Origin: a virus
Lineage: Duplodnaviria; Caudoviricetes
Length of the DNA stretch: 45,162 nt
Strand: one strand, 5' to 3'
IMG/VR virus record: IMGVR_UViG_3300020045_008887
Span: 1-45,162 of that record
In this document: positions 1-9,214 of the stretch, in pieces
Layout: each line of letters starts with the position of its first letter
How positions within the stretch are numbered: position 1 is the first letter of the stretch
Position numbers and translations under genes: made by a program
Notes under the pieces: model-generated
The model's input: only the letters and a program-made list of their open reading frames with translations
The model's database searches: none
Told to the model about the DNA's origin: nothing

Positions 1-729
1 GATACCTAAGGTTTCGAAAAACACCGGTAACATGTTCTTTAAGTTGGTCAAGTTTTTATCGTTTTGCGCTCCATATTTCAGGATTTCGTTTAACGCTAAA
101 TTAAAACCACCTTCGTTGACCACTGCATTGTAAGCCCCGGCAAGTTTATTGACCCTAAACAATGTTTTCAGGTTAGCAAAAAGCATATCTTTTTGTCCAG
201 CCTTATTCACGGTTACGGTATCCAAACCAGCATCGAAAGCAAAAACACCATCACCGCCGTTGATCTGATCAATGCCTGAACAGACCTGGCTTTTATATGT
301 GTTTAAAACATTTGCAAACTGGGTTTCTTTTGCGGCTGCCATAGCTGCGAAAACCTCATCATACTTGTTCTGAACGTAATCAGACATTGCAATAGTGTTG
401 TTCTGAAACCAAGCCGGATAAACCTGGAATCCTGAAAAAATACTCACCGAAGTAAGCGTTTTTTGTTCGGAATCCGAAAGGTGGGCTGGGATGGTAAAAC
501 TTTCGACTGATGTAGTAGTGATAACATCTTCTTTTAGCCCTGTGTACTCGGTTGTTCTTCCTTCGACCGTCTGTAAATGTGCGGTCAACGTAGGGTTTAG
601 TACCTTATTGAAGGGCGTATTGTATTTCGCGCACTCAATAAGGCCGTACCTTTGTAATAATTTCTCGGTTTGGGTCATCCTATCTTGATAGGCCACCAAA
701 GTCGAAAAATCAATAAAACGATTTGCCAT
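1..729 (-). CDS. Probable major capsid protein (3' end runs off the window)
   Basis: Read by hand: ATG at 729, open to the window edge (MANRFIDFSTLVAYQDRMTQTEKLLQRYGLIECAKYNTPFNK...). Lies directly after the scaffold-like gene in terS-terL-portal-scaffold order. Confidence 0.7.
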   Translation of the reverse strand, partial: MANRFIDFSTLVAYQDRMTQTEKLLQRYGLIECAKYNTPFNKVLNPTLTAHLQTVEGRTTEYTGLKEDVITTTSVESFTIPAHLSDSEQKTLTSVSIFSGFQVYPAWFQNNTIAMSDYVQNKYDEVFAAMAAAKETQFANVLNTYKSQVCSGIDQINGGDGVFAFDAGLDTVTVNKAGQKDMLFANLKTLFRVNKLAGAYNAVVNEGGFNLALNEILKYGAQNDKNLTNLKNMLPVFFETLGI

Positions 730-779
730 AAAATTAAATTTTAAAAGTTAAATAAATGAGTGCATAAATGGTCTGTCAG

Positions 780-1634
780 TTATAGCACGTTGTTTTCCTT
801 GCATAATTCTGTAAATCTGGGGGAAAATTTCGGTGAAAGCTGGTCAATTTTTTCAACAGTCATAATGAACTCTTGGATTAATTGCTGGCTTGCACCTTTA
901 TTCATTCCCTCGGGAAGAATTAAAGCTTTTGTTTTGTTTGCAGGTGGTTTCCCCCCGCCACCGGATGCCTGGTCTATCAGGATAATTTCCTTCAGTTCTT
1001 CATCGTTTTTCAACAAGTCAGAAACTAAATACTTTTGATAATCTTTTGTAGCTATCAAATTGTCATTTTCATCGTAGGACAATTCGTAGTTCTTTTTTAA
1101 GCGGTCTATCGCATTTTGCTGTTTTGCTTTTGCCTCAAATGGATTTACATTGCTGTCCACCTTAGGCATTGCATCGGCTATCGACTTGCTAAACTTGAAA
1201 TTCTTGTGAGTGGTTTCCAGTTCAGAATACTTGGTTTTCCATTCATTTTCCTTTGCAGTAAGCAAATCCGGGATTTTTGCCACTTCAGCTTTTGTTTTTT
1301 CAAGTTCTGTCTTGATAGTAACATCACCCTCGTGGCTTTCAAATTTCTTTTTCCATTCGTCACGCTCTTTTTCAAGGGCGGTAAGTTTTGGCTTTGCAAC
1401 TTCCGGGATAAATTCTCCGGTTATCCGTTCAAAATACTGGGACACTTTTTCGTCAGTACCTTTGCGTGGAATCCCGGTAATAGTGGTTAATTTTTCAGCA
1501 AAGCCATTTAGGATGCCATCGGCATTTTTATTGGCCATCGCTTTCAATTCAGCCTCTTTGGTTGCATAAACTGTTTCAATTGCCTGAATCTGTTCAGGTT
1601 TTAAATCTTTTGCTAAATCTTCGGTAAGTAACAT
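780..1634 (-). CDS. Probable capsid scaffolding protein
   Basis: 284 aa, K/E-rich coiled coil with a SGGGGKPP linker near the C-terminus; immediately upstream of the capsid gene. Confidence 0.65.
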   Translation of the reverse strand: MLLTEDLAKDLKPEQIQAIETVYATKEAELKAMANKNADGILNGFAEKLTTITGIPRKGTDEKVSQYFERITGEFIPEVAKPKLTALEKERDEWKKKFESHEGDVTIKTELEKTKAEVAKIPDLLTAKENEWKTKYSELETTHKNFKFSKSIADAMPKVDSNVNPFEAKAKQQNAIDRLKKNYELSYDENDNLIATKDYQKYLVSDLLKNDEELKEIILIDQASGGGGKPPANKTKALILPEGMNKGASQQLIQEFIMTVEKIDQLSPKFSPRFTELCKENNVL

Positions 1635-1663
1635 AGTCTGTTATGTTTTAATTATTGTTAATA

Positions 1664-2158
1664 TTATTGTTTTGCTTTTTCGATCATTGCCTTTAAGTCA
1701 TCGGTTAAGATATTTTTCTTGACCGTTAAGCCTAATTCTTTAGCCTCTGCGAATAATGCTTTTCTTTCTTCCCTTACTTCGTCAGTTGAAGAAGTGGCTG
1801 ATTCGAGTACTTCCAGTCTTTCGGCCATTGCTTTGTTTTGTTCAATAATCAAAGCGTTTTGTTCCTTCAGTAATTGAACTTCTGTTTTTGGTTTTTCACC
1901 GACCTTGATGCTTTGTTTTATCCGGTCGTTTATTTCGGCTATTTTTTCGGTATCCTTTACCAAAGGTGATTTTGAATCATAGCACCCTACGCACTCAATT
2001 TCACAAGCCCCAAGTTTCTTCCAGTTCAAATCACCCAACAGGTCGGCAATTTCTTTTTCTCCTGCGAATTTAGATGTCACTACCTGGTTCTTCAATTTTC
2101 CGTTCTGATCGTAATTGGCCACTTTGCCCATTACCATCCTCATTTTGTAAACTTGCAT
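1664..2158 (-). CDS. Hypothetical head-module protein
   Basis: 164 aa ORF between portal and scaffold; coiled coil plus a short C-terminal helical motif (AKELGL...LKAMIE). Confidence 0.55.
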   Translation of the reverse strand: MQVYKMRMVMGKVANYDQNGKLKNQVVTSKFAGEKEIADLLGDLNWKKLGACEIECVGCYDSKSPLVKDTEKIAEINDRIKQSIKVGEKPKTEVQLLKEQNALIIEQNKAMAERLEVLESATSSTDEVREERKALFAEAKELGLTVKKNILTDDLKAMIEKAKQ

Positions 2159-3866
2159 AATCTATTATGTTTATTAATTTGTTTAATATGTTTCTTGCTA
2201 TCTCTAATTTTTTGCTCATTGATACCGATTCTCCAAAATATTCGGTGAAAAATATATTGATATTTCCATATTCAGCCTCAAATAAATCAATATAATAGTT
2301 AAAATTTAACCTTAATTCCTTCATTTTAGGGTCAATGCCCTGGATGGAGTTAAATTCTAAATCGCTGATAGTCGAGTAAGGTAGTAACTTATAGAGCAAA
2401 TTTGACCGTTCGAACCGTTCCGGGTTATTTTTATAGATCGAATAGTTCAGCCTGTTTATTATATTTTCCTTATCAATAGGATCGATGGCTTTTGCAAGCG
2501 ATTCCCTCAATTCGAATTCGGTTTCAAGATAAAAATCAGTTCCCCGGTCAATTGAGCAATCAATAAAAGAGTTTCCGAAAACAATCTTTAAAGCTTTAAA
2601 ATCTAACGATTTTTGTAGCTTAGAAAGTTTTCCGCTCAATTCGATCAATGTGTTTTCAAGTGTCTGGTTTCCACGTGCTATCTGATCTATATTTTTCGCT
2701 TGGCCATTAGATAGCTCAGTTCCTTTACCAACTAATATATATTTTATCTCGCTATATTTTTCATCAATAAATTTATTCCACCATTCCAATATTTCGACTG
2801 GGATGTAATGGAATTTAACAAAATTAGCATTAAGGTCAATTGGACTTTCCCCGTTGTCCCCGAATTTAGGGATGGGTAATCCTATGACAGTACCGGCCTG
2901 TATGATTGTTTTTGAGTTACAAATAGGACAGGGTATAAGTTCGTCTTTATTGCCCAATACTCCGTTCATCCCACCAATATACCCATTGATACATTTCGTT
3001 CCGTTGCTAAATTCCTTGTTGCATGGTTTTTGGTTTTGTTTATAATGGGTGATCACCGGCATTGCCCCATGTGGCAGGCACATTTTTTGAAGCGTATAAT
3101 AGTTTACATAATTTTCAAACTTCTCTTTCAAGTTCGAAAATATACTTTTACGCACCACAAAACTTTTATTGTTCAATGGTTCTACTGAAATAAAATCAGC
3201 AGGGCAACGGCTAATTTCGTGGGCGTTTTGGCTTTCTAAAATATAATCCTCACCCTGCATTATGTACACCGAATAAAATTCATCGGTATAATAAAAGTAG
3301 CGATCTTCTCCTTTTATGTTTTTGCCCTTAAATGCTATCTTTTTTATTTTGCCTTTATAAGTAGGTTCAATGGCAAAAACATCTCCAATCAATATTTCGT
3401 ACCTATAAGGTTTTTTTCTATCCTCGTAATCGGTGATAATGACTGAATTATGGTTATTGATAAGCGAATTAAAAACCTCATCTTTATAAAAAGTGTTCCA
3501 TTCTTTTAAAATGGCATTAGCTGGCTGCTTTGATGCGTTCGAGGTAAAATTATACTCATAATTGGCGTTCGTTGCGTCAAATACTTTCTTTAATTCCGGT
3601 ATAATGTCATCCTGGATAAGCGAAGCGGTGGGCAATGGATGGCGTATAAATTTCATAAATGACTTGAAATTTTCTTTTAGCATCCACCCACGCATCCAAT
3701 TAAGGAATGGGTTTTGCTGATTCCAAATGTCATCAATGATTTGGTCGGAATTTATATAGAAGTTTTTCGCTGAATTGGTCTGTATGAAGTAAGCAAGCTC
3801 TTGTTCGTATTTAACGGCTTCGTTTATTTCGGCTTTATACTTGCAATTTTCAATAAATTCTTTCAT
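2070..3866 (-). CDS. Probable portal protein
   Basis: About 600 aa directly downstream of terL, with a Cys-rich insert (C..C..CPIC). Likely start is MKEFIEN at 3866, just after the promoter at 3885-3892. Confidence 0.7.
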   Translation of the reverse strand: MKEFIENCKYKAEINEAVKYEQELAYFIQTNSAKNFYINSDQIIDDIWNQQNPFLNWMRGWMLKENFKSFMKFIRHPLPTASLIQDDIIPELKKVFDATNANYEYNFTSNASKQPANAILKEWNTFYKDEVFNSLINNHNSVIITDYEDRKKPYRYEILIGDVFAIEPTYKGKIKKIAFKGKNIKGEDRYFYYTDEFYSVYIMQGEDYILESQNAHEISRCPADFISVEPLNNKSFVVRKSIFSNLKEKFENYVNYYTLQKMCLPHGAMPVITHYKQNQKPCNKEFSNGTKCINGYIGGMNGVLGNKDELIPCPICNSKTIIQAGTVIGLPIPKFGDNGESPIDLNANFVKFHYIPVEILEWWNKFIDEKYSEIKYILVGKGTELSNGQAKNIDQIARGNQTLENTLIELSGKLSKLQKSLDFKALKIVFGNSFIDCSIDRGTDFYLETEFELRESLAKAIDPIDKENIINRLNYSIYKNNPERFERSNLLYKLLPYSTISDLEFNSIQGIDPKMKELRLNFNYYIDLFEAEYGNINIFFTEYFGESVSMSKKLEIARNILNKLINIIDYASLQNEDGNGQSGQLRSERKIEEPGSDI

Positions 3867-3884
3867 CCACAGACAATTGTTTCG

Positions 3885-3892
3885 CAAATATA
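3885..3892 (-). promoter_or_regulatory. Bacteroidota -7 promoter element (TATATTTG)
   Basis: Matches TAnnTTTG about 20 nt upstream of the portal ATG. Similar elements occur at 10914-10921, 16066-16073, 29921-29928, 31898-31905 and 37704-37711. Confidence 0.55.
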
Positions 3893-3951
3893 CAATTATT
3901 TACAAAACAATGCTAAATAACATTTATTATTTTTTGGAGTTGTTGATTATT

Positions 3952-3967
3952 TGTTCCACGTGGAACA
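3952..3967. promoter_or_regulatory. parS-like palindrome 1 (TGTTCCACGTGGAACA)
   Basis: Perfect 16-bp palindrome matching the chromosomal parS consensus TGTTNCACGTGNAACA; intergenic, abutting the terL stop codon. Confidence 0.85.
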
Positions 3968-5254
3968 TCAACCCATAGAGATATTGCCGTAATAATCCTC
4001 CATATTTTGGGTGTTGTAGGCAATATGGGCATATCTTGCAGCGTCCCACATGTGATTCCATTTGTCAATAGGTTGGTTGATGGCTATCCCATTGATCAAT
4101 TTCATTGTGTAGTTTTCTTGTTCTTTTCTGGCGAAGGAATAAAGATGATTTTTTACTATATGGATTTTCTTCTTTTTCATCGAAATTAGCCAATAAATTA
4201 CCGACTTTGATTTTCGCACTTTCTTAATGTTCCAACCCTTATCTTTTAATCCCTTGACCATTTCAATCGTGCCTTTATTTTCACCGGTGTATTTATCTGC
4301 ACTATCGGCACTGCATGGTATTTCTATATCAATTCCGTGGCTTAATGCAAAATCGTGTATCAATGTGTCATTTTCTGTAGGTTCATACAATAATGGCTCA
4401 AACCATATATTATAATCATCTTCAGCATATTTGACCATTACCGTTGGGTCGGTTGTAAATCCAAAATCCATTCCAAAAGAATATCCCATATCAGGAAGCT
4501 CATCTATCCAGTTAACATATTGAAATATCAATCCCTCAGGGGCTGATCGGATGCCCTCTCCATAGACCTGCCATCTATATTTATCCGCTGTGCCGTTTTT
4601 GCAGTTTTCAGGGTGGGGACGACGTTCTTTCTCAGGTAGGTTTAAATCATCAAAATGCCAAGGGCAAAGGCTTTCTATTTCTTGTACTACCGATTTTTGA
4701 AGGTGTTTATTGTTTTTGTAAGTTGAATGGGTAAAAAATGTATTCGGCTGGCCTTCCAAATCAAAACACCAATGTTGAGTATATTTAGGATTCCAGTCCA
4801 TAACGAGCAGTTTTCTGCACCTCAACCTTAAGCCATCGACCTTTGATTTATCTTGATTTTCTAAAGCTTCGTTGATGAAAATCATATCAGAGGGGTATCC
4901 CTCACTTGAATCATCAAGGCCACGAAACATTACTGGATTCCCAAATAAATTATAATCGGGTTTTTGTGGATTTCTTAGGTTTTCTTCGTCCCATATGCCG
5001 ATTTTTAAAAGGCATTTCTTGAATTCTTTAAATGTGTAATCTTTGCAGTTGGCCAAGGTCTCTCGAAGAATGTAAATTTCATTATGCTGGTTTTGGTTGT
5101 GGTCACAAAATAGAACTAAAAAATGGAAGAAGTCCCACGTCTTTGAACTACGGCTTGAGCCTTCATTGCATATTATTACTTTATTTTCTGGTGAGTAATT
5201 TTCTTTGTAAATCCTAACCATTTCATAAAACAAATAATTAGGGTCAAAATTCAT
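3968..5254 (-). CDS. terL: Terminase large subunit (PBSX-like)
   Basis: Walker A-like EGSSRSSKT, Walker B-like IFINEA, coupling motif DWNP, HSTYKNN, nuclease motifs GMDFGFTTDP and NHMWDAARYA. Confidence 0.92.
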   Translation of the reverse strand: MNFDPNYLFYEMVRIYKENYSPENKVIICNEGSSRSSKTWDFFHFLVLFCDHNQNQHNEIYILRETLANCKDYTFKEFKKCLLKIGIWDEENLRNPQKPDYNLFGNPVMFRGLDDSSEGYPSDMIFINEALENQDKSKVDGLRLRCRKLLVMDWNPKYTQHWCFDLEGQPNTFFTHSTYKNNKHLQKSVVQEIESLCPWHFDDLNLPEKERRPHPENCKNGTADKYRWQVYGEGIRSAPEGLIFQYVNWIDELPDMGYSFGMDFGFTTDPTVMVKYAEDDYNIWFEPLLYEPTENDTLIHDFALSHGIDIEIPCSADSADKYTGENKGTIEMVKGLKDKGWNIKKVRKSKSVIYWLISMKKKKIHIVKNHLYSFARKEQENYTMKLINGIAINQPIDKWNHMWDAARYAHIAYNTQNMEDYYGNISMG

Positions 5255-5655
5255 TCTGATTTAAGGTTTATTTCTTTACCGTTGTAGTTGAGTTGGATTT
5301 TAGGGGTAAATAATTCTTTCCCATTAGCCCCAGTTACTTCTTGTTTTATCCCATACTCTTTATTGAATTTCCTTTCAAGCATCCACGCAGCCGCTTGCCA
5401 AACTGGTTTACCTGAATCGGTGGCAGCTTTCAATATTACAGATTCGCATAATTCTTTTATTTTTAACTTTCCAGTATTTTCGGCTTTTTTAACGCTTTCG
5501 GAAAAATCGGAATTAAAACGAGGGCTTTTTTCATTCAACCAATCGCAGAAAGTATCAAAATGTATTCCTGCAATATGGCAACTCTGAACCCTTCCATTAC
5601 CTTTAGATAGGCTTTCTATTATTTTATTTAATATATCAGGATTATTGCTTTTCAT
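5251..5655 (-). CDS. terS: Terminase small subunit
   Basis: N-terminal HTH (CHIAGIHFDTFCDW), WQAAAWMLERK motif and EVTGANG tail; overlaps the terL start. Confidence 0.8.
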   Translation of the reverse strand: MKSNNPDILNKIIESLSKGNGRVQSCHIAGIHFDTFCDWLNEKSPRFNSDFSESVKKAENTGKLKIKELCESVILKAATDSGKPVWQAAAWMLERKFNKEYGIKQEVTGANGKELFTPKIQLNYNGKEINLKSE

Positions 5656-5670
5656 ATTTTAAAGATAAAA

Positions 5671-5689
5671 AGCCGGTTATTAACCGGCT
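5671..5689 (-). terminator. Intrinsic terminator
   Basis: AGCCGGTT-ATT-AACCGGCT hairpin with T-rich tracts on both strands, just after the 16-aa peptide ORF. Confidence 0.75.
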
Positions 5690-5696
5690 AATTTTT

Positions 5697-5747
5697 TTAA
5701 TACCATGCTCCACCCCAAGGGAGGATAGAATCATTAATTTTTTTCAT
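5697..5747 (-). CDS. 16-aa peptide MKKINDSILPWGGAWY (candidate radical SAM substrate)
   Basis: Translated by hand. Its ATG overlaps the last 14 nt of the radical SAM gene and its stop precedes the terminator. Confidence 0.5.
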   Translation of the reverse strand: MKKINDSILPWGGAWY

Positions 5748-6951
5748 TTTGCAAAGAATTAATATTAATTATTCGTTCAGTCGGGTAAATACCCTTATCG
5801 AAGTACAAAGATACATTTTTATTTGAATCCAAGATAGGTTTGTTGTCATTATTTACAATTGTACGATACGCCTGATTACGTTGCATGGATTGCGGGTATT
5901 TATTATTATTCCAAAATTCCCTCATAACTCCTTTTAGTGTATAGATATTATGTGCTTCAACCGATTCGCTCCACGCCTTTATTGACGACTTAACTAAATA
6001 TTTATTAACTTCCTTAAATTCACGTTCGAAAAAAGGTTTATTATCAACGCTTACATTATAAAAGTCGTCAAATGTATAAACCCCTGTCCCTTTGATGTGC
6101 GAATAATTGATGATATCATACTGATTTGGGAATATACTGCTGAATGTTTTTTTGATCCCATCGTAAAAATTTGTCTTATAGGGCATCCCTAATTTAACAA
6201 CATTAATACCTTCATTGATTAATATTGGGATTATCTTCTTTACATAGTCTTGGAATGTTTTCCGCTTTACCCCGTATTCAATTTCTTCTTTGGTAAACGA
6301 ATTTAATCTTGATGAAGAAAACGAATCAACTTCTTTTTGGTTCAAATGCAAGGCTTCAGTGCATATATTATAAATGCCTATTCTTTTACATCTTTCAATA
6401 ACTTTATATACATCATCAATAGGCATCCATGATTCTAAAATTGGGTTTAAAGCGATAATTACATGATACCCTTTGTTTTTTAATTTTTCAGCGGTTAAAA
6501 ATCTTTCTTCTGTTGATGGGGCGCCTGGTTCAATCCTTTTTCTTATTTCTTCGTCCAATGTTGTTATTGTAATATAAAAAACAATATCCATCCTATTACT
6601 AAATGCTTCGATAAATTTATCAATACCTTCGCCGGTTTTTGTTTGAACGAACAATCCATTTTGAAGTCGGTTTAATTGCCTTGCGAGTTCGATGGAATGG
6701 ATATAATTACTTTTACTGAACGGGTCGGTTTTGTTGGATAAACAAATCGGATAACCTTCTTTTATTAGGTTATCTTGAAATGTTTTGATGCATCTTTTGT
6801 CGATTTGCCGGATAACTGATTTTAATTCCAAGTACCTAGCCTGTTTCCTTATGTTTGCAAAACAATAGCAACAATTGTGGGAACATGTATTTCCGCTTAA
6901 TTCGAGCGGTGCGGGGTGAAACATAAATTCACCGATAAAGTTTTCTATCAT
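5734..6951 (-). CDS. Radical SAM enzyme (SPL-like family)
   Basis: CxxxCxxC motif CSHNCCYC, plus TDPF, QTK and ITITTLDEEIRKRIEPGAPSTEER, typical of SPL-like radical SAM proteins. Confidence 0.88.
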   Translation of the reverse strand: MIENFIGEFMFHPAPLELSGNTCSHNCCYCFANIRKQARYLELKSVIRQIDKRCIKTFQDNLIKEGYPICLSNKTDPFSKSNYIHSIELARQLNRLQNGLFVQTKTGEGIDKFIEAFSNRMDIVFYITITTLDEEIRKRIEPGAPSTEERFLTAEKLKNKGYHVIIALNPILESWMPIDDVYKVIERCKRIGIYNICTEALHLNQKEVDSFSSSRLNSFTKEEIEYGVKRKTFQDYVKKIIPILINEGINVVKLGMPYKTNFYDGIKKTFSSIFPNQYDIINYSHIKGTGVYTFDDFYNVSVDNKPFFEREFKEVNKYLVKSSIKAWSESVEAHNIYTLKGVMREFWNNNKYPQSMQRNQAYRTIVNNDNKPILDSNKNVSLYFDKGIYPTERIININSLQNEKN

Positions 6952-7181
6952 ATAAATTCAATTTTAAAGTATTTTTTCTGGTTTTCTTCAAATATTGATA
7001 TTGATTTGAATATCCGGGTTATTTTTTCTGACGTTAATTCATCCCGAAATATTAGGTTTTGAATATTTCCAAATAACCGGGTATATTTTTTGTTTTTTGA
7101 ATAACCGTGTTGGATATAATTAAGTGTCCCTTTTTTTATATTTTCAAAAGATGTACTTTTTACTTTTAATTCTATATCCAT
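6948..7181 (-). CDS. Small protein, possibly ASCH/PUA-like
   Basis: 77 aa; N-terminal LKVKSTSFENIKKG resembles the ASCH start; 4-nt overlap with the radical SAM gene. Confidence 0.45.
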   Translation of the reverse strand: MDIELKVKSTSFENIKKGTLNYIQHGYSKNKKYTRLFGNIQNLIFRDELTSEKITRIFKSISIFEENQKKYFKIEFI

Positions 7182-7193
7182 TTTTATCTTTTA

Positions 7194-7209
7194 TGTTCCA
7201 CGTGGAACG
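7194..7209. promoter_or_regulatory. parS-like palindrome 2 (TGTTCCACGTGGAACG)
   Basis: 15/16 identical to copy 1; intergenic. Confidence 0.8.
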
Positions 7210-7282
7210 GTTAGAAAATAAGTCCGAATTAAATTCATAACCCGGACTTTAACATCCGACAGAATTGTCGGAAACTGTCGGA

Positions 7283-7594
7283 TTATATCTTTGTCTGTCC
7301 GTATGGACGATACGTATTTAAAAACAAAAACTTTCCTTTATTAGTAACTAATAAATCCATTGCGAAACCATTACAATGAGCGTACCAATCGCCTCGGTTA
7401 CTGTTGTTGTCGTTCCCGTTTTCTACGGCGAATTTTTTGATTCTTTTTAAGTCAGAATCGGTCGTTGTAAATTGAAAAGATTTGTAATTACCTTCGATAA
7501 GGTTTTTTTGAAATTTTGAACCATTTTTTACGGTTACTGATACATTTTCCAATTTTGGATGAATGTTGATGTTGAACGTTTTCATAGTTGACAA
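7283..7594 (-). CDS. Hypothetical protein (moron-like, with its own promoter and downstream hairpins)
   Basis: ORF track. Upstream TACATTTAC element is shared with 11761-11790; hairpins follow at 7220-7284. Confidence 0.6.
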   Translation of the reverse strand: MSTMKTFNINIHPKLENVSVTVKNGSKFQKNLIEGNYKSFQFTTTDSDLKRIKKFAVENGNDNNSNRGDWYAHCNGFAMDLLVTNKGKFLFLNTYRPYGQTKI

Positions 7595-7672
7595 TTTTTA
7601 GTTATTATTTAATATGTAAATGTAGTTATAATATTTGAATACTTAATTTAACATAATACAATTAATTATATG

Positions 7673-8230
7673 TTATAAAACAGTTTTTAGAACCTTTAAA
7701 AATAACTTCAAATCATTATCTTCGCCCAATTCTCTTTTTAATTCTACCCATTTATCATAATCTTGTTTTGATACAACGATAGTGATTGGGTACGGTATTC
7801 GATCTTCAATGTATTGTTCTTTGTTTTGCATCTGTCTTTGAAAAAAACCATCTTTAACCTCAAAATCCCAATCTTCTAAAAATGATTTGTCAAAGTCGCT
7901 TTGGACTAAATCAATATCGAATGTACTGGAATCGCTTGCATGATTATCAATGAGGGCTAATTGTTTTCTTTTTTCATCAGATGTTTTTAAGTCAGTCCTT
8001 TTTATTGCTATCAATTCCGATCCGTCTGTTTCAATTATTTTTATTGGCCTATCCCCCCATCCTTCTTTTACCCCATTTCCGGCAATTATTTCATTATCCG
8101 AATCTATAAGGATTGAACGACCTGCTCCAAATTCATCTAAAGACCTTTTTATTATTTTCCTATTTTTATCGGAATGGTCTCTATAATTTCTTGCATCAAA
8201 TTTTATATTATTTCCTTTTTCAGCTTTCAT
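7673..8230 (-). CDS. ParB N-terminal (ParB/Srx-like) domain protein
   Basis: N.R.H...IKRSLDEFG..RSILID...IIAGNG..., LALIDN: the phage ParB-N type usually found beside terminase and DNA-modification genes. Confidence 0.8.
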   Translation of the reverse strand: MKAEKGNNIKFDARNYRDHSDKNRKIIKRSLDEFGAGRSILIDSDNEIIAGNGVKEGWGDRPIKIIETDGSELIAIKRTDLKTSDEKRKQLALIDNHASDSSTFDIDLVQSDFDKSFLEDWDFEVKDGFFQRQMQNKEQYIEDRIPYPITIVVSKQDYDKWVELKRELGEDNDLKLFLKVLKTVL

Positions 8231-8290
8231 AATCTATTATTTAAGCTTTATTTAACAATAATTTGTTATTTAGCCGGTATTTTGAGCATT

Positions 8291-8515
8291 TTATTTAACA
8301 TAAATAGATATAAAATCACTTATTTTTAATTTAATCCTTTTAAAATTGACCACTTTATTTGTTCGCGTGTCGATTGTAAATTGATAACCCCTGCCTGGTA
8401 TAAGCTCTTTGCCTTTGTTTGTCAGTAATTTTACTTCGTATATCCCGTGAGCAGGATTATTGACCTTACAATGTTCGTTTACTTTATTTTTCATTTTTTG
8501 GCTATTTCTTCCCAT
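8291..8515 (-). CDS. Hypothetical protein
   Basis: 74 aa ORF on the coding strand. Confidence 0.45.
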   Translation of the reverse strand: MGRNSQKMKNKVNEHCKVNNPAHGIYEVKLLTNKGKELIPGRGYQFTIDTRTNKVVNFKRIKLKISDFISIYVK

Positions 8516-8594
8516 ATTTTATCAAAATGCTCTTTTGAAGGCCAGTTGGTATTAAAGTCTATACGCTCTTTTGGCTTGTTTCTTTGTAATGGGT

Positions 8595-8846
8595 TTAATC
8601 TATTCGGGTAACAATAACAGGTAGTTTTTTGCTTCCTGAATATGTTTTCAATGTAAAAAGCACCACATTAGTAGGCTCTTTGCTTTTATCAAAAACAGGT
8701 TCGTACGGTTTGGTTGTATTAACTTTTGGCAATAATTCGCCTGTTTTTTCGATTTCTTTAACCATCTCGTCTCTCATTTTTCTTATTTTTTTTATTTTAT
8801 TTTTATACCCATCATCAAAAATAGGTTGAAAAGTATATTTATGCAT
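8595..8846 (-). CDS. Hypothetical protein
   Basis: 83 aa ORF on the coding strand. Confidence 0.5.
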   Translation of the reverse strand: MHKYTFQPIFDDGYKNKIKKIRKMRDEMVKEIEKTGELLPKVNTTKPYEPVFDKSKEPTNVVLFTLKTYSGSKKLPVIVTRID

Positions 8847-8874
8847 AAGTTATTTTATAAATAATTGATAAATA

Positions 8875-9195
8875 TTACAACCCCCGGTATTTAGTTATCC
8901 AAAGCGTCCCCCCCGATATTGCAATCTTTTCATTTGGTTTAATTATAAATTGCCTGGGTTGATTAGCCCACAGGGGCATTGTGCTTGAACTTGCTGCCGG
9001 GGTTGCTCCTATTGAGATAAAAGAATCCATGTCGGTATTTAATTCAACACATGTAATAGTTGAAATGCTAATTATACCTGAAGCCGCTCCTGTTAATACT
9101 TTTTCAGTTGTATCTGTATCCGGACTACCTATTTGTACAGGGTTGCCTTTTTCGTCATATAATAATGACATCGTTGCATAATCTCCTTTTGCCAT
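8875..9195 (-). CDS. Small beta-rich protein, possibly virion-associated
   Basis: 106 aa, S/T/G-rich, directly downstream of the SGNH-LamG gene. Confidence 0.55.
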   Translation of the reverse strand: MAKGDYATMSLLYDEKGNPVQIGSPDTDTTEKVLTGAASGIISISTITCVELNTDMDSFISIGATPAASSSTMPLWANQPRQFIIKPNEKIAISGGTLWITKYRGL

Positions 9196-9214
9196 TTTGT
9201 TTATGTTTTAAAAG

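Noticed and set aside
7673-8230. Phage ParB as the cognate binder of the parS sites
   Set aside because: Only the ParB-N domain is recognisable. No HTH parS-binding domain or parA partner is seen.
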